A stretch of 64,000 nt of DNA from Hydrotalea sp. (lineage in GTDB: Bacteria > Bacteroidota > Bacteroidia > Chitinophagales > Chitinophagaceae). Position 1 is the first letter of the stretch. Each line of letters begins with the position of its first letter. The stretch lies in the NCBI RefSeq assembly GCF_027347335.1, contig NZ_DAIEQX010000066.1; one strand, given 5' to 3'. Positions 1 through 9,922 of this stretch are shown here, in pieces. Under the pieces are notes generated by a model. The model searched no databases, had not been told where the DNA came from, and saw only the letters and a list, made by a program, of their open reading frames with translations. A program made the translations under genes and the position numbers.

Positions 1-815
1 CATTTATTCATCCTACTACTCAGGCAAAAAATGCCCTGAATAGTGCTGACTGGGTAATTTTTGCTGTTCCCGCTGCCTTTGTTCAAACTACTGTTCAATC
101 ATTGAATCCGCAGTGGTTCAATCATATGCAGGTAATTGTTTCTATTAAAGGATTTGTACCCGGAACGGGTAAAATACCGGGCACGTTAATTCGTGAACAC
201 CTGGAGCTGCAAAATAATTGCATGGTGTTAAGCGGGCCTTGCCATGCAGAAGAAATTGCACTACGCAAATACACCTACGTTACCATTGCAGGTAACCAGG
301 CCGATAAAGTAAACCAATTGCAAAATTGTTTACAGCTTCCCTATATTAAAACCATTAGTAATACTGACCCGGCAGGTGTTGAGTATGTATCCATTTTAAA
401 AAATATTATTGCTATTGCCAATGGCATAGCAGATAGTTTGCAATATGGCGATAATTTCAGGGCCGTACTCACCAGCAATGCCATGCGTGAAGTACAAAAT
501 ATTGTAAATGCCATTGCACCTGTACAACGTGATTATTTTGATTCTGTTTATTTTGGTGATTTATTAACCACCGCCTATTCGGATTTTAGTCGTAACCGTA
601 CTTTGGGCAAATTAGTTGGCAGAGGCATTCAGGTAAGAAAAGCTTTACAAATGATGGAAATGGTAGCAGAAGGGTATTATGCATCAAAAGAATTGCATCC
701 CATTATCCAACCATTAAGATTGCATTTACCAGTAATTAATAGCGTTTACCGCATGTTGCATTTACATGCCAACCCTTACCACGAAATAAAATTATTAGAA
801 CAACAATTGCAATAA
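1..815 (+). CDS. gpsA: NAD(P)H-dependent glycerol-3-phosphate dehydrogenase, 5'-truncated by the window edge
   Basis: The frame is open from nt 3 (FIHPTTQAKNALNSADWVIFAVPAAF...) into ORF 102..815. LSGPCHAEEIA and EGYYASKEL-type motifs match the GpsA C-terminal half. Confidence 0.9.
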   Translation, partial: FIHPTTQAKNALNSADWVIFAVPAAFVQTTVQSLNPQWFNHMQVIVSIKGFVPGTGKIPGTLIREHLELQNNCMVLSGPCHAEEIALRKYTYVTIAGNQADKVNQLQNCLQLPYIKTISNTDPAGVEYVSILKNIIAIANGIADSLQYGDNFRAVLTSNAMREVQNIVNAIAPVQRDYFDSVYFGDLLTTAYSDFSRNRTLGKLVGRGIQVRKALQMMEMVAEGYYASKELHPIIQPLRLHLPVINSVYRMLHLHANPYHEIKLLEQQLQ

Positions 816-828
816 AAAGAATTGAATT

Positions 829-3054
829 ATGATATTAGCAACAGATTTAGATGGAACATTTTTAGGCGGTAAAAGTATTGATAAACAAAAGCTTTACCGG
901 CTTATTAGAAAAAACAGCAACTTTAAACTGGTATTTGTTACCGGAAGGGGATTGGAAACGGTAATACCATTATTAAACGATCCTATTATTCCCAATCCCG
1001 ATTTTATTATTTGCGATGTAGGTGCTACCATCATAAATGGGTATACGTTAGAACCTGTTGAACCTATCCAAAATGAAATTGAACAAATCTGGCCCGGCGA
1101 ATTGAAAATTTTGGAACATTTAAAAAATATAGAAGGGTTACAATATCAGGAAGTTCCACAACAAAGGCGTTGTTCTTTTTTCATTCAAAGCGAAACAGAA
1201 ATCAACCAATTTGCTGCTATAGCCAAAAAATTAGGCTGCGATATGATTCACTCTGCAGGAAAGTTCTTAGATATTTTACCCAAAGGTGTGAACAAAGGCA
1301 GCACCCTTACCAAATTAATTAAACACTTAAATGAAGATACAGAAAAGGTTTTAGTAGCCGGCGATACATTGAACGATTTAGCCATGTACCAATGTGGCTT
1401 TAAAAGTGTAGTGGTTGGCAATGCCGAAGAGGCATTAGTAAAGGCAACAACATCTTTACAAAAAATATATCATGCCAAATCTGCAGGAGCCGGTGGCATT
1501 TTAGAAGCCATTGAGCAATTTGAAAACCTGTCTGAATACATTACCGAATTAGATGAAATCATCATTCATAAAGAAAGCAGCAATATTCCTCAGTTATTAA
1601 TGCTCTATCACCGCTTTCCTTATGAAACGGTTGAAGTAAATGGACAAAAACAACATATTGCACCCAAAAGCCCTAATGGCATTCTGCCAACATTACAAGG
1701 TTTTTTTGCCAATGGCCGTTCAGGTGTTTGGATTGCTTGGGAAGAAGTAACAAAAAAAACCGAACCGTTACGTAATGTATACATCGACAAAGAAAAATAT
1801 CCCAACTTAATGGCTTCCAGAATTGGCCTCACCAAAAAAGAAATAGAAATATTTTATAAATCATTTTCAAAAGAAGCATTCTGGCCCACTATTTTTTCAT
1901 TTATCGACAAAGCAAAGTTCAACCATCGCCATTGGGATCATTATGTGCACATCAATAAATTATTTGCCGAAAAAGCAGCAGAACAGGCCGACCATAATGC
2001 CATTGTTTGGATTCATGATTATAATTTGTGGTTAGTACCCGGCTTTTTACGCGAATTACGACCCGATGTTACTATTGCATTTTTTCATCACACTGCATTC
2101 CCCTCTGCCGATACCTTTAATATACTGCCCTGGCGTGGCGAAATTATTGGCAGCTTATTGCAGTGCAATTACATTGGCTTTCATATTCCACGTTATGTAG
2201 AAAATTTTGTAGATGTTGCCAAAAGCCTTTTCCCGGTAACGGAAATAGAAAAAATTAATTGCGCACCACGCTATTTAACTTACAGCACTGCATTGGGTGT
2301 GCAACAAATGACTACCCTGATCGATACTGCACAACGCAAAGTAAAATTAGGGGCCAATCCGGTAGGTATTAATGTGCAATACATTCAATCGTTAATGCAA
2401 CAGGCATCTACGCTAAAAAAAATCAAAGAAATTAAAAACCTGTTCACCAATAAAAAAATGATTATTAGTGTAGAACGGCTCGATTATGTAAAAGGCCCGC
2501 TCGAAAAAGTAATGGCTTTTGAACAGTTTTTGCATGATTACCCTGAAATACACGGGAAGGTAGAATTGGTGAATATTTGCACGCCACCTGCACAAGGCAT
2601 GAAGATTTATGAAAAAACACAGTATGATTTAGAACAAGCAGTTGGTAGAATTAATGGCAAATATGCCAATATGCAATGGGTGCCCATTCGTTTGTTTTTC
2701 CGCTCTTTCCCATTTGAAGAAATTATATCTTATTATGCTGCCGCAGATGTAGCATGGATTACGCCTTTACGCGATGGATTGAATTTGGTGGCCAAAGAAT
2801 ATGTGGCTGTACAAGGACAAATGCCACATGCAAAAGGCGTATTGGTTTTATCTGAATTTGCCGGAGCCGCAGTTGAGTTACCCTATGCCGTATTAACCAA
2901 CCCTTATGATGCACGTTCGTTGAAAGACGGCCTGGTACAGGCATTGCTTATGAGCGAAAGTGATGCACAAATGCGCTTACAACGCTTATATGAACAGGTT
3001 AGTTATTACGATATTGATTATTGGGCGAAAGATTTTTTAGCAAATTTGAAGTAA
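829..3054 (+). CDS. HAD-IIB phosphatase / GT20 glycosyltransferase fusion (glucosylglycerol-phosphate synthase/phosphatase-like or OtsBA-like)
   Basis: 741-aa ORF. The N-terminus (ILATDLDGTF, VFVTGRG, GDTLNDL) carries HAD-IIB sugar-phosphatase motifs. Residues ~260-741 are the GT20 (OtsA/GgpS) fold (VWIHDYNLWLVPGFLR, VERLDYVKGP, LRDGLNLVAKEY). It starts 14 nt after gpsA. Confidence 0.8.
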   Translation: MILATDLDGTFLGGKSIDKQKLYRLIRKNSNFKLVFVTGRGLETVIPLLNDPIIPNPDFIICDVGATIINGYTLEPVEPIQNEIEQIWPGELKILEHLKNIEGLQYQEVPQQRRCSFFIQSETEINQFAAIAKKLGCDMIHSAGKFLDILPKGVNKGSTLTKLIKHLNEDTEKVLVAGDTLNDLAMYQCGFKSVVVGNAEEALVKATTSLQKIYHAKSAGAGGILEAIEQFENLSEYITELDEIIIHKESSNIPQLLMLYHRFPYETVEVNGQKQHIAPKSPNGILPTLQGFFANGRSGVWIAWEEVTKKTEPLRNVYIDKEKYPNLMASRIGLTKKEIEIFYKSFSKEAFWPTIFSFIDKAKFNHRHWDHYVHINKLFAEKAAEQADHNAIVWIHDYNLWLVPGFLRELRPDVTIAFFHHTAFPSADTFNILPWRGEIIGSLLQCNYIGFHIPRYVENFVDVAKSLFPVTEIEKINCAPRYLTYSTALGVQQMTTLIDTAQRKVKLGANPVGINVQYIQSLMQQASTLKKIKEIKNLFTNKKMIISVERLDYVKGPLEKVMAFEQFLHDYPEIHGKVELVNICTPPAQGMKIYEKTQYDLEQAVGRINGKYANMQWVPIRLFFRSFPFEEIISYYAAADVAWITPLRDGLNLVAKEYVAVQGQMPHAKGVLVLSEFAGAAVELPYAVLTNPYDARSLKDGLVQALLMSESDAQMRLQRLYEQVSYYDIDYWAKDFLANLK

Positions 3055-3097
3055 AATATAACTACACTTTGTGTAATATGTTTATAATCCGGTATAC

Positions 3098-3545
3098 TCA
3101 TGAATGATGCTGGTTAATTGTATTATTCCATTCTGCAAACGAATCGGTTGTTTCAAATAATTTTAATTGCCGCAGCTGAACTGTACCAGGCATTAACGGT
3201 TGTAGTTTGTGTTAAATGTATACCAACATGTTTTCTGCTGAAGGTTCCATTTCCCAAATCATCAAATTATTTAGCTTAGTTAAATAAGAATGTGCGTGTA
3301 TAAATGCTTTAGAAACCACTAACCGATGATCGAGTGGCTGAGTAATGGCTTCATGTACCATTTTTTAATGCATTAAAATCTGTCACAAATCCTGGGGCCG
3401 GCAAAAAATCATCTTCCGCATTTAGAAGGGCAACAGAAGCATGTAGTATATATGAATGTCCGTGTATATTTTGACATGGGCCATCATATCCATTAATGGC
3501 ATGGGCCATTTCAAATCTAAAAGTTTTGGTTACCTGTATCATCAC
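3098..3545 (-). pseudogene. queD: 6-carboxytetrahydropterin synthase (QueD / PTPS family), disrupted
   Basis: ORF 3351..3545 gives MIQVTKTFRFEMAHAINGYDGPCQNIHGHSY (QueD Zn/His motifs) and stops early. Homology continues in another frame (VHEAITQPLDHRLVV...MIWEMEPSAENMLVYI). That frame then hits an in-frame TAA at 3212..3214 and resumes (HKLQPLMPGTVQLRQLKLFETTDSFAEW). The frameshift lies at or near the A6 run at 3361..3366. Confidence 0.8.
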
Positions 3546-3670
3546 TTTCCGTTTGTAAATGTATGCTTTCCATATTGCGTATTACAAGGCAGCAAAACTA
3601 TTTTGATGCTTTTGTTTAAAACATGACCCTAATCATTTTATTTGAGCCACAAATACTTTCATTTTGAGCC

Positions 3671-4138
3671 GTGAAAGCGAAAAGTCCTAAATCATCAGCC
3701 ACAACAAAAACAGAGATTGTTTGTTCCAATGATACTAATCCAATGGGCATATTGCAAGGCAGCCGTTTATTAGAATGGATGGATATTGCAGCAGCCATTT
3801 GTGCACAAACACATACAGGCACCATTTGTGTAACTGCAGCGGTATATAAAGCTGATTTTATTAACTCAGCGCAAGTGGGCAATATTATTAGCATTCAGGC
3901 AAACATCACACGAACATTCAACACTTCAATGGAAATATTTGTGCAGGCGCATGCAAGGCCGGTTGTAGAAGGCAAACCCTCTTTAATCAGCGAAGCCTTC
4001 TTTTGTTTTGTTGCATTAGATCATCAGGTAAAAAAAACAACAGTAAATCCGCTCATCACCCGAACAAAAAAAGAAAAGGAAGCTTTTCAAACGGCAGAAA
4101 AGAGAAGACATTATATGGCCAATTTTCCATTAAAATAA
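3671..4138 (+). CDS. Acyl-CoA thioesterase (hotdog fold, YciA/Acot-like)
   Basis: NDTNPMGILQGSRLLEWMDIAAAICA and the following hotdog-fold pattern. GTG at 3671 is the first possible start after an in-frame TGA. Confidence 0.8.
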   Translation: MKAKSPKSSATTKTEIVCSNDTNPMGILQGSRLLEWMDIAAAICAQTHTGTICVTAAVYKADFINSAQVGNIISIQANITRTFNTSMEIFVQAHARPVVEGKPSLISEAFFCFVALDHQVKKTTVNPLITRTKKEKEAFQTAEKRRHYMANFPLK

Positions 4139-4175
4139 ATTGAACAACATACACCATTCTTTTAAATTCCTATTC

Positions 4176-5981
4176 ATGATGCAAACATCAGCTCCACACA
4201 GTTTTCATATTCCGGTAATGGGTTTAGCCTATACCATTGATTCTCCCATTAAAGTAGCCAGATTTGGCATTGCTTCTACCATATCCATAGTAGAGGACAA
4301 TTTAATTGAGATGATGCGTCGCTATTACTACAACGCCATCCGGGAAAACTATATTCCAATACCTGCAACAGCAAATGATTATCGTGCGAAAAGAATTACC
4401 GATTATTTAAATCTGGTGAATACAATTGTACAACAACAAATTGAAAAACTGCGGGCAGCGGCATTTGAAACCGGATCAGAAATTGTAAAATATTTTGAAT
4501 TGCTACCCGAAAACAATACCTGGAAGCAGGTGTACAAATTATTGATGCAAACCAATGATGCAATTGAAAAAGCAAATATAGAAGAACAATTACGTCAGCA
4601 AATTGTAGCCGGCAGCATTGATGTAAACATTATGACCAAAGCCGATAAAAATAATTATGACCACAGTGGCGCTTTATTAGAAGATGGTTCTGATGCGGTT
4701 GCTGCATTAAGAGGTTATGCCAATAGCAATCTGAGAGAATCAACCATTGTTTTTTCTGCAGGGATGAATCCTAGGGTGTATAATTATTTAGAGAAATGTC
4801 CACAATTTGCAGCAGATGAGCAAGGGAATTTTAAAAAGAAAATTGCCATTAAAGTGAGCGATTATCGTTCGGCATTCATACAAGGGAAATATTTAGCCAA
4901 AAAAGGAATTTGGGTAAGTGAGTTTAGAATAGAATCCGGGCTGAATTGTGGTGGTCATGCATTTGCAACAGATGGTTATTTGATGGGTCCCATTTTAGAA
5001 ACGTTTAAAACAAAAAAAACGGAACTAACAAATACACTCTTTGAATTATATTATAAAAGCAATCTTGCAAAAGAGCGGTTGATTCCCAATCAACCACCAC
5101 CCATCAAAATTACGGTACAAGGCGGCATTGGCACTGCTGCTGAAACTAATTTTTTACAACAATATTATGCAATTGAAAGCATAGGATGGGGCACCCCTTT
5201 TTTATTGGTTCCGGAAGCCACAACAGTAGATGAAGCAACCCTGCAACTATTGTGCGCTGCACAAAAAGAGGATGTAATATTAAGCAAAAACTCTCCTTTA
5301 GGTGTTCGGTTTCATTACTTACGTGGTACCACTGCCGATAAAGAAAAAATTACCAGAATTAAGAATGGTAAACCCGGTAGCCCATGCACCGAAAAACATT
5401 TGGCATTTAATACAGAGTTTACAGAAGAGCCTGTTTGCACCGCCTCTGTTAAATACCAACGTTTCAAAATTGCACAATTGCAATCGCTTCAACTACCACA
5501 CCATGAATATGAACATCGGTTAAAAGAAGTATTAGATAAAGAATGTTTGTGTGTAGGTTTAAGTAATGCAGCCGCTGCAGTTTACAACCTCAGTTTTGTA
5601 AAAAATTATGAAGCCGTTAATATTTGCCCGGGACCCAATATTGCACATTTTTCTAAAATTGTTTCTCTACAAACCATGGTAGATCATATTTATGGCAGAA
5701 CCAATATTATAACCCATCCTAACAGGCCGCATGTTTTTATTGCCGAATTACATTTGTATATCACATATTTACAAGAACAATTAGAAGAAGATGTACTGTT
5801 AAATAGTACCAACAGAACCAAATATTTTACCGGTTATGTCAACAACCTGCAAGAAAGCATTGCCTATTATTTAAACTTAGCAGATAACGGATTCATTCAA
5901 GATACAAATTTTAAAAGCGATTTACTGAGTGCACAAGATAGATTAAAGGCCATTGTAAATAATAAAGTAATGGAATATTAA
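4176..5981 (+). CDS. Conserved hypothetical protein, possibly a TIM-barrel (FMN/NPD-like) oxidoreductase
   Basis: The long ORF is open from 4140 (TTG); the first ATG is at 4176. No family is recognised with certainty. GLNCGGHAF and GGIGTAAE...IGWGTPFLLVPEAT resemble nitronate-monooxygenase/FabK-like barrels. It begins 2 nt after the thioesterase stop. Confidence 0.6.
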   Translation: MMQTSAPHSFHIPVMGLAYTIDSPIKVARFGIASTISIVEDNLIEMMRRYYYNAIRENYIPIPATANDYRAKRITDYLNLVNTIVQQQIEKLRAAAFETGSEIVKYFELLPENNTWKQVYKLLMQTNDAIEKANIEEQLRQQIVAGSIDVNIMTKADKNNYDHSGALLEDGSDAVAALRGYANSNLRESTIVFSAGMNPRVYNYLEKCPQFAADEQGNFKKKIAIKVSDYRSAFIQGKYLAKKGIWVSEFRIESGLNCGGHAFATDGYLMGPILETFKTKKTELTNTLFELYYKSNLAKERLIPNQPPPIKITVQGGIGTAAETNFLQQYYAIESIGWGTPFLLVPEATTVDEATLQLLCAAQKEDVILSKNSPLGVRFHYLRGTTADKEKITRIKNGKPGSPCTEKHLAFNTEFTEEPVCTASVKYQRFKIAQLQSLQLPHHEYEHRLKEVLDKECLCVGLSNAAAAVYNLSFVKNYEAVNICPGPNIAHFSKIVSLQTMVDHIYGRTNIITHPNRPHVFIAELHLYITYLQEQLEEDVLLNSTNRTKYFTGYVNNLQESIAYYLNLADNGFIQDTNFKSDLLSAQDRLKAIVNNKVMEY

Positions 5982-6028
5982 AAATGACTAAGTTTTGAAA
6001 TATAACTAGTATAAAATTTCAAAAAAGC

Positions 6029-6062
6029 AAAGAGGCTGCCTAATATTAAACAGCCTCTTTTT
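6029..6062. terminator. Bidirectional rho-independent terminator hairpin
   Basis: AAAGAGGCTG (6029..6038) pairs with CAGCCTCTTT (6051..6060). There is a T-run on the + strand and an A-run upstream, which gives a T-run on the - strand. It sits between the 3' end of the 600-aa gene and the 3' end of tRNA-Phe. Confidence 0.7.
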
Positions 6063-6137
6063 GGTGGTGTGGGGCGGGATCGAACCGCCGACACAAGGAT
6101 TTTCAGTCCTTTGCTCTACCGACTGAGCTACCGCACC
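6062..6137 (-). tRNA. tRNA-Phe (anticodon GAA), CCA encoded
   Basis: The reverse complement folds as a cloverleaf: GGTGCGG-TA-GCTC-AGTCGGTA-GAGC-A-AAGGA-CTGAAAA-TCCTT-GTGTC-GGCGG-TTCGATC-CCGCC-CCACACC-A-CCA. There is one C5/A68 mismatch in the acceptor stem. Confidence 0.9.
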
Positions 6138-6262
6138 ATCCTTGCCCTTTCGGGGCAGCAAATATAGGGAAGTACAATTATTTTAAAGCAAGATTACCCA
6201 AAATTTATTCTAAATTTTATTTTTTAATGTGATTTTTTTTCGCCGCAGCAAAAAAAATGTGT

Positions 6263-7711
6263 TTAAAAAGAACAGTTCTTAGGCGTACGGGCAAATGGTA
6301 TCACATCCCGAATATTGGTCATTCCGGTAACAAATTGTACCATTCTTTCAAAACCTAAACCAAAGCCTGCATGCGGTACCGTTCCAAAGCGGCGGGTATC
6401 TATATACCAGCTCATTTCTTCCACGGGTATGTGCATGGCCTCCATTCTTTTTTGCAGCACATCTAACCGCTCTTCTCTTTGCGAACCGCCTACAATTTCA
6501 CCAATTCCTGGAGCCAAAATATCCATCGCAGCAACCGTTTCCTTTCCGGGTTCACAAACATCATTCATGCGCATATAAAACGCTTTAATGGCAGCCGGGT
6601 ATCCGGTAACAATCACCGGTTTTTTAAAATGCTTTTCTACTAAATACCGTTCATGCTCGCTTTGCATGTCTATACCCCAACTAACTTCGTATTTAAATTT
6701 TTTTTTCTTATAAGCCGGACTTTCTAATAAAATTTGTATGGCTTCCGTATAAGTAATTCTTTCAAACTGGTTATTCACTACAAAATTCAGTTTATCTAAC
6801 AAGCCCAGTTCACTTCTTTCATTGGCGGGTTTCTGCTTTTCTTCTTCGGCCAACCGCCGATCTAATAATTGTAAATCATCGCTATTGTGTGCCATCACAT
6901 AACGAATCAGGTATTGAATAAAAGCTTCGGCGAGGTTCATATTATCTTCCAAATCATAAAAAGCCATTTCGGGTTCAATCATCCAAAACTCTGCCAAATG
7001 GCGGGTAGTATTAGAGTTTTCGGCTCTAAATGTAGGTCCGAACGTATATATTTCGCTAAAAGCCATGGCCCCAAGCTCACCTTCTAACTGTCCACTTACC
7101 GTTAAGTTGGTAGATTTTCCAAAAAAATCTTCTTTAAAATTTACGGTTCCATCTTCATTTCTGGGCGTGCCATCAAAAGGAAGGGTTGTAACCCGAAAAA
7201 TTTCGCCTGCACCTTCTGCATCACTGGCAGTAATAATGGGTGTATGTAAATAAAGAAATCCTCTTTCATTAAAAAATTGGTGTACCGCAAAAGCTAATGA
7301 ATGTCTGATTCTGAAAACAGCTCCGAAAGTATTGGTTCTAAACCGCAGATGTGCTATTTCCCTTAAAAATTCAAGGCTGTGTTTTTTGGGTTGAAGTGGA
7401 TATTTCTCCGGATCACTATCACCCAATATGTCAATAGCAGTAGCCAATAATTCAATGCTTTGGCCTTTACCCAAACTTTCTGCAATAGTACCCTGTACTT
7501 TTAAAGAAGCACCGGTAGTAATGCGCTTTAATGTAGCTTCGGGCAACATACCCAATGCTACTACTACCTGCAAATTATAATTGGTGCTGCCATCATTTAA
7601 AGCAATAAACTGATTGTTCCTAAAAGTACGTACCCAACCCATTACGGTTACATGAGTGCCAATTGACGCTTGTTGCAATAAGGCCTTAATTTTAATCCGT
7701 TGATTCAACAT
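6263..7711 (-). CDS. asnS: Asparagine--tRNA ligase
   Basis: 482 aa with class IIb motifs: FRAENSNTTRHLAEFWMIEPEMAF, GGSQREER, GFGLGFERM. Confidence 0.95.
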   Translation of the reverse strand: MLNQRIKIKALLQQASIGTHVTVMGWVRTFRNNQFIALNDGSTNYNLQVVVALGMLPEATLKRITTGASLKVQGTIAESLGKGQSIELLATAIDILGDSDPEKYPLQPKKHSLEFLREIAHLRFRTNTFGAVFRIRHSLAFAVHQFFNERGFLYLHTPIITASDAEGAGEIFRVTTLPFDGTPRNEDGTVNFKEDFFGKSTNLTVSGQLEGELGAMAFSEIYTFGPTFRAENSNTTRHLAEFWMIEPEMAFYDLEDNMNLAEAFIQYLIRYVMAHNSDDLQLLDRRLAEEEKQKPANERSELGLLDKLNFVVNNQFERITYTEAIQILLESPAYKKKKFKYEVSWGIDMQSEHERYLVEKHFKKPVIVTGYPAAIKAFYMRMNDVCEPGKETVAAMDILAPGIGEIVGGSQREERLDVLQKRMEAMHIPVEEMSWYIDTRRFGTVPHAGFGLGFERMVQFVTGMTNIRDVIPFARTPKNCSF

Positions 7712-7840
7712 TTGGCTGCTTTTAAATAATCTGTATCAATAACAAATTCAGGGCTGCAAAGATACAGGCATTCCTTTCATTGCAAAGGGCTTTACAACTG
7801 CTTTTCCTGCAAAAACAACCTGCTTTTCATCCTAATACAC

Positions 7841-7848
7841 TATTTTTG
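7841..7848 (+). promoter_or_regulatory. Candidate Bacteroidota -7 promoter box (TAnnTTTG) for rho
   Basis: TATTTTTG lies ~205 nt upstream of the rho ATG, which would give a long leader. Motif match only. Confidence 0.3.
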
Positions 7849-8053
7849 TGGCAGATTCAAAGAAATATTTCTTGATTTTGAACTTTTTACAGTAACATTG
7901 CAGCGGAAACAAACTGGTTTGACACGAATTACAATCCCGCAGACATATCAGTTTACCTCTTTTCCACAATTACCAATCATTTTCAAGTCTCATTGCATTA
8001 TTTAAAAACAGATCGAGAAAGCTAAAGAAAATTTTTTCTATTCAACACATTCT

Positions 8054-9796
8054 ATGTACGACATCTTACAACTGAACGACATGCTGGTTCCAGAACTACT
8101 GGACATTGCCGAAAACCTAAAAATTACCAATGCTAAAAAATTAGACAAACAGGATTTAATTTATAAAATTCTGGACAGTCAGGCAGTGGAAGCCAGTGAA
8201 AAACAAGATAAAAAAGTGGCAAAAAAATCAACAGGCAAATTCAAAAAAGCAGCTACAGTAAAAGCCACTACCGGCAATACTACTGAAGAGGCTTTTGTAA
8301 TGCAAAATGAGGCTGAAGCAGAGGAAACAGTAACAGCCTCCGGCAGTAACCGCCTCATTATGCGGCACCGAAAAGCCAAAAAAACAGATGAGGCACCGAT
8401 AGAAATAGGAAAAGACGCCGTAAGCTTAGATGAAAAAACAGCTTTATTGGCTCAACAAATGTTACAGGCTACCGAGGAAAAAGAAAAAGCAGCCAGAGAG
8501 AAAAAAGTAACCAGAGAGCACCACCACCACCTTACGCAAAAAAACACCGCTAATACTGCCACTAAAGTGGAAGGCGGAGAAGAAGTAAAAGAAAATACAG
8601 AAGATAATCAAAACCCACAAACTGAACCAACCGCACCACAACAAAGGCCGCACCAACGCCAGCAGGTATTCAATATTGAATTTGATGGTGTAATTGGTGG
8701 TGAAGGTGTTTTGGAAATGATGCCTGATGGTTATGGTTTTTTAAGAAGCAGCGATTATAATTATTTGAGCTCGCCCGATGATGTGTATGTATCTCCTTCT
8801 CAAATCAAATTATTTGGTTTAAAAACCGGCGATACTATTTCCGGCTCTGTTCGTCCACCAAAAGAAGGTGAAAAATATTTTGCTTTATTAAAAGTGGATG
8901 CCATTAACGGTAAACGCCCTGACGAAGTAAGAGACCGTGTACCTTTTGATTATTTAACGCCTTTATTTCCCTTTGAAAAATTAAACCTGTTTACCAATGC
9001 CAATGATTACAGTACACGTATCATGGATTTATTTACACCCATTGGTAAAGGCCAACGTGGTTTAATTGTAGCACAGCCCAAAGTAGGTAAAACCATGTTA
9101 TTAAAAGCTGTGGCCAATGCCATTGCCGCCAACCACCCCGAATGTTATTTAATGGTGGTGTTAATTGATGAAAGGCCGGAAGAGGTAACCGATATGGAGC
9201 GCAGTGTACATGCTGAAGTAATTGCTTCTACTTTTGATGAACCGGCAGAAAAACACGTAAAAGTTTCAACCATCGCCCTTCAAAAAGCCAAACGTTTGGT
9301 AGAATGTGGGCATGATGTGGTGATTTTATTGGATAGTATTACCCGTTTAGCACGGGCACACAACACCGTTGCCCCCTCAAGCGGTAAAGTATTGAGTGGA
9401 GGTGTGGAAGCCAATGCCATGCAAAAACCCAAACAATTTTTTGGTGCAGCTCGTAAAATTGAACATGGTGGTTCCCTCACCATTCTTGCAACGGCATTAA
9501 TTGATACCGGCAGCAAAATGGATGAAGTAATTTTTGAAGAATTTAAAGGAACCGGTAATATGGAATTGGTATTAGACCGCAAATTAGCCAACCGCCGTAT
9601 TTATCCGGCTATTGATTTAGTAGGTTCTTCTACCCGCCGGGATGATTTGTTGTTAGACAAAGAAACACTGCAACGCATGAACATCCTTCGTTTGTTCCTG
9701 AATGATATGAATACGGAAGAGGCTATGACAGAATTATTAAAAAGAATGCGTGGCACTAAAAACAATGAAGAATTTTTGGCCAGTATGAACCGATAA
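8054..9796 (+). CDS. rho: Transcription termination factor Rho with a long low-complexity N-terminal insertion
   Basis: 580 aa. Rho_N helix bundle ([16 protein letters not shown]), a ~160-aa K/E/T/Q-rich insert including HHHH, then the OB/CSD domain ([15 protein letters not shown]), Walker A (PKVGKT) and the RecA-like core. Confidence 0.95.
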   Translation: MYDILQLNDMLVPELLDIAENLKITNAKKLDKQDLIYKILDSQAVEASEKQDKKVAKKSTGKFKKAATVKATTGNTTEEAFVMQNEAEAEETVTASGSNRLIMRHRKAKKTDEAPIEIGKDAVSLDEKTALLAQQMLQATEEKEKAAREKKVTREHHHHLTQKNTANTATKVEGGEEVKENTEDNQNPQTEPTAPQQRPHQRQQVFNIEFDGVIGGEGVLEMMPDGYGFLRSSDYNYLSSPDDVYVSPSQIKLFGLKTGDTISGSVRPPKEGEKYFALLKVDAINGKRPDEVRDRVPFDYLTPLFPFEKLNLFTNANDYSTRIMDLFTPIGKGQRGLIVAQPKVGKTMLLKAVANAIAANHPECYLMVVLIDERPEEVTDMERSVHAEVIASTFDEPAEKHVKVSTIALQKAKRLVECGHDVVILLDSITRLARAHNTVAPSSGKVLSGGVEANAMQKPKQFFGAARKIEHGGSLTILATALIDTGSKMDEVIFEEFKGTGNMELVLDRKLANRRIYPAIDLVGSSTRRDDLLLDKETLQRMNILRLFLNDMNTEEAMTELLKRMRGTKNNEEFLASMNR

Positions 9797-9813
9797 GATA
9801 ATGAATTATTTTT

Positions 9814-9851
9814 AAAAAAACCCTCAGCTGCTTGTTAGTTGCGGGTTTTTT
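9814..9851. terminator. Possible bidirectional terminator between convergent rho and rmuC
   Basis: AAAAAAACCC...GGGTTTTTT flanks an imperfect GC-containing stem. The structure is only approximate. Confidence 0.35.
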
Positions 9852-9922
9852 AATAAGCGTCATTTTGTGATGACAATTTTCAACATGCCCTAAAGGCTTA
9901 CTAACATAAATTCATATTGCAT

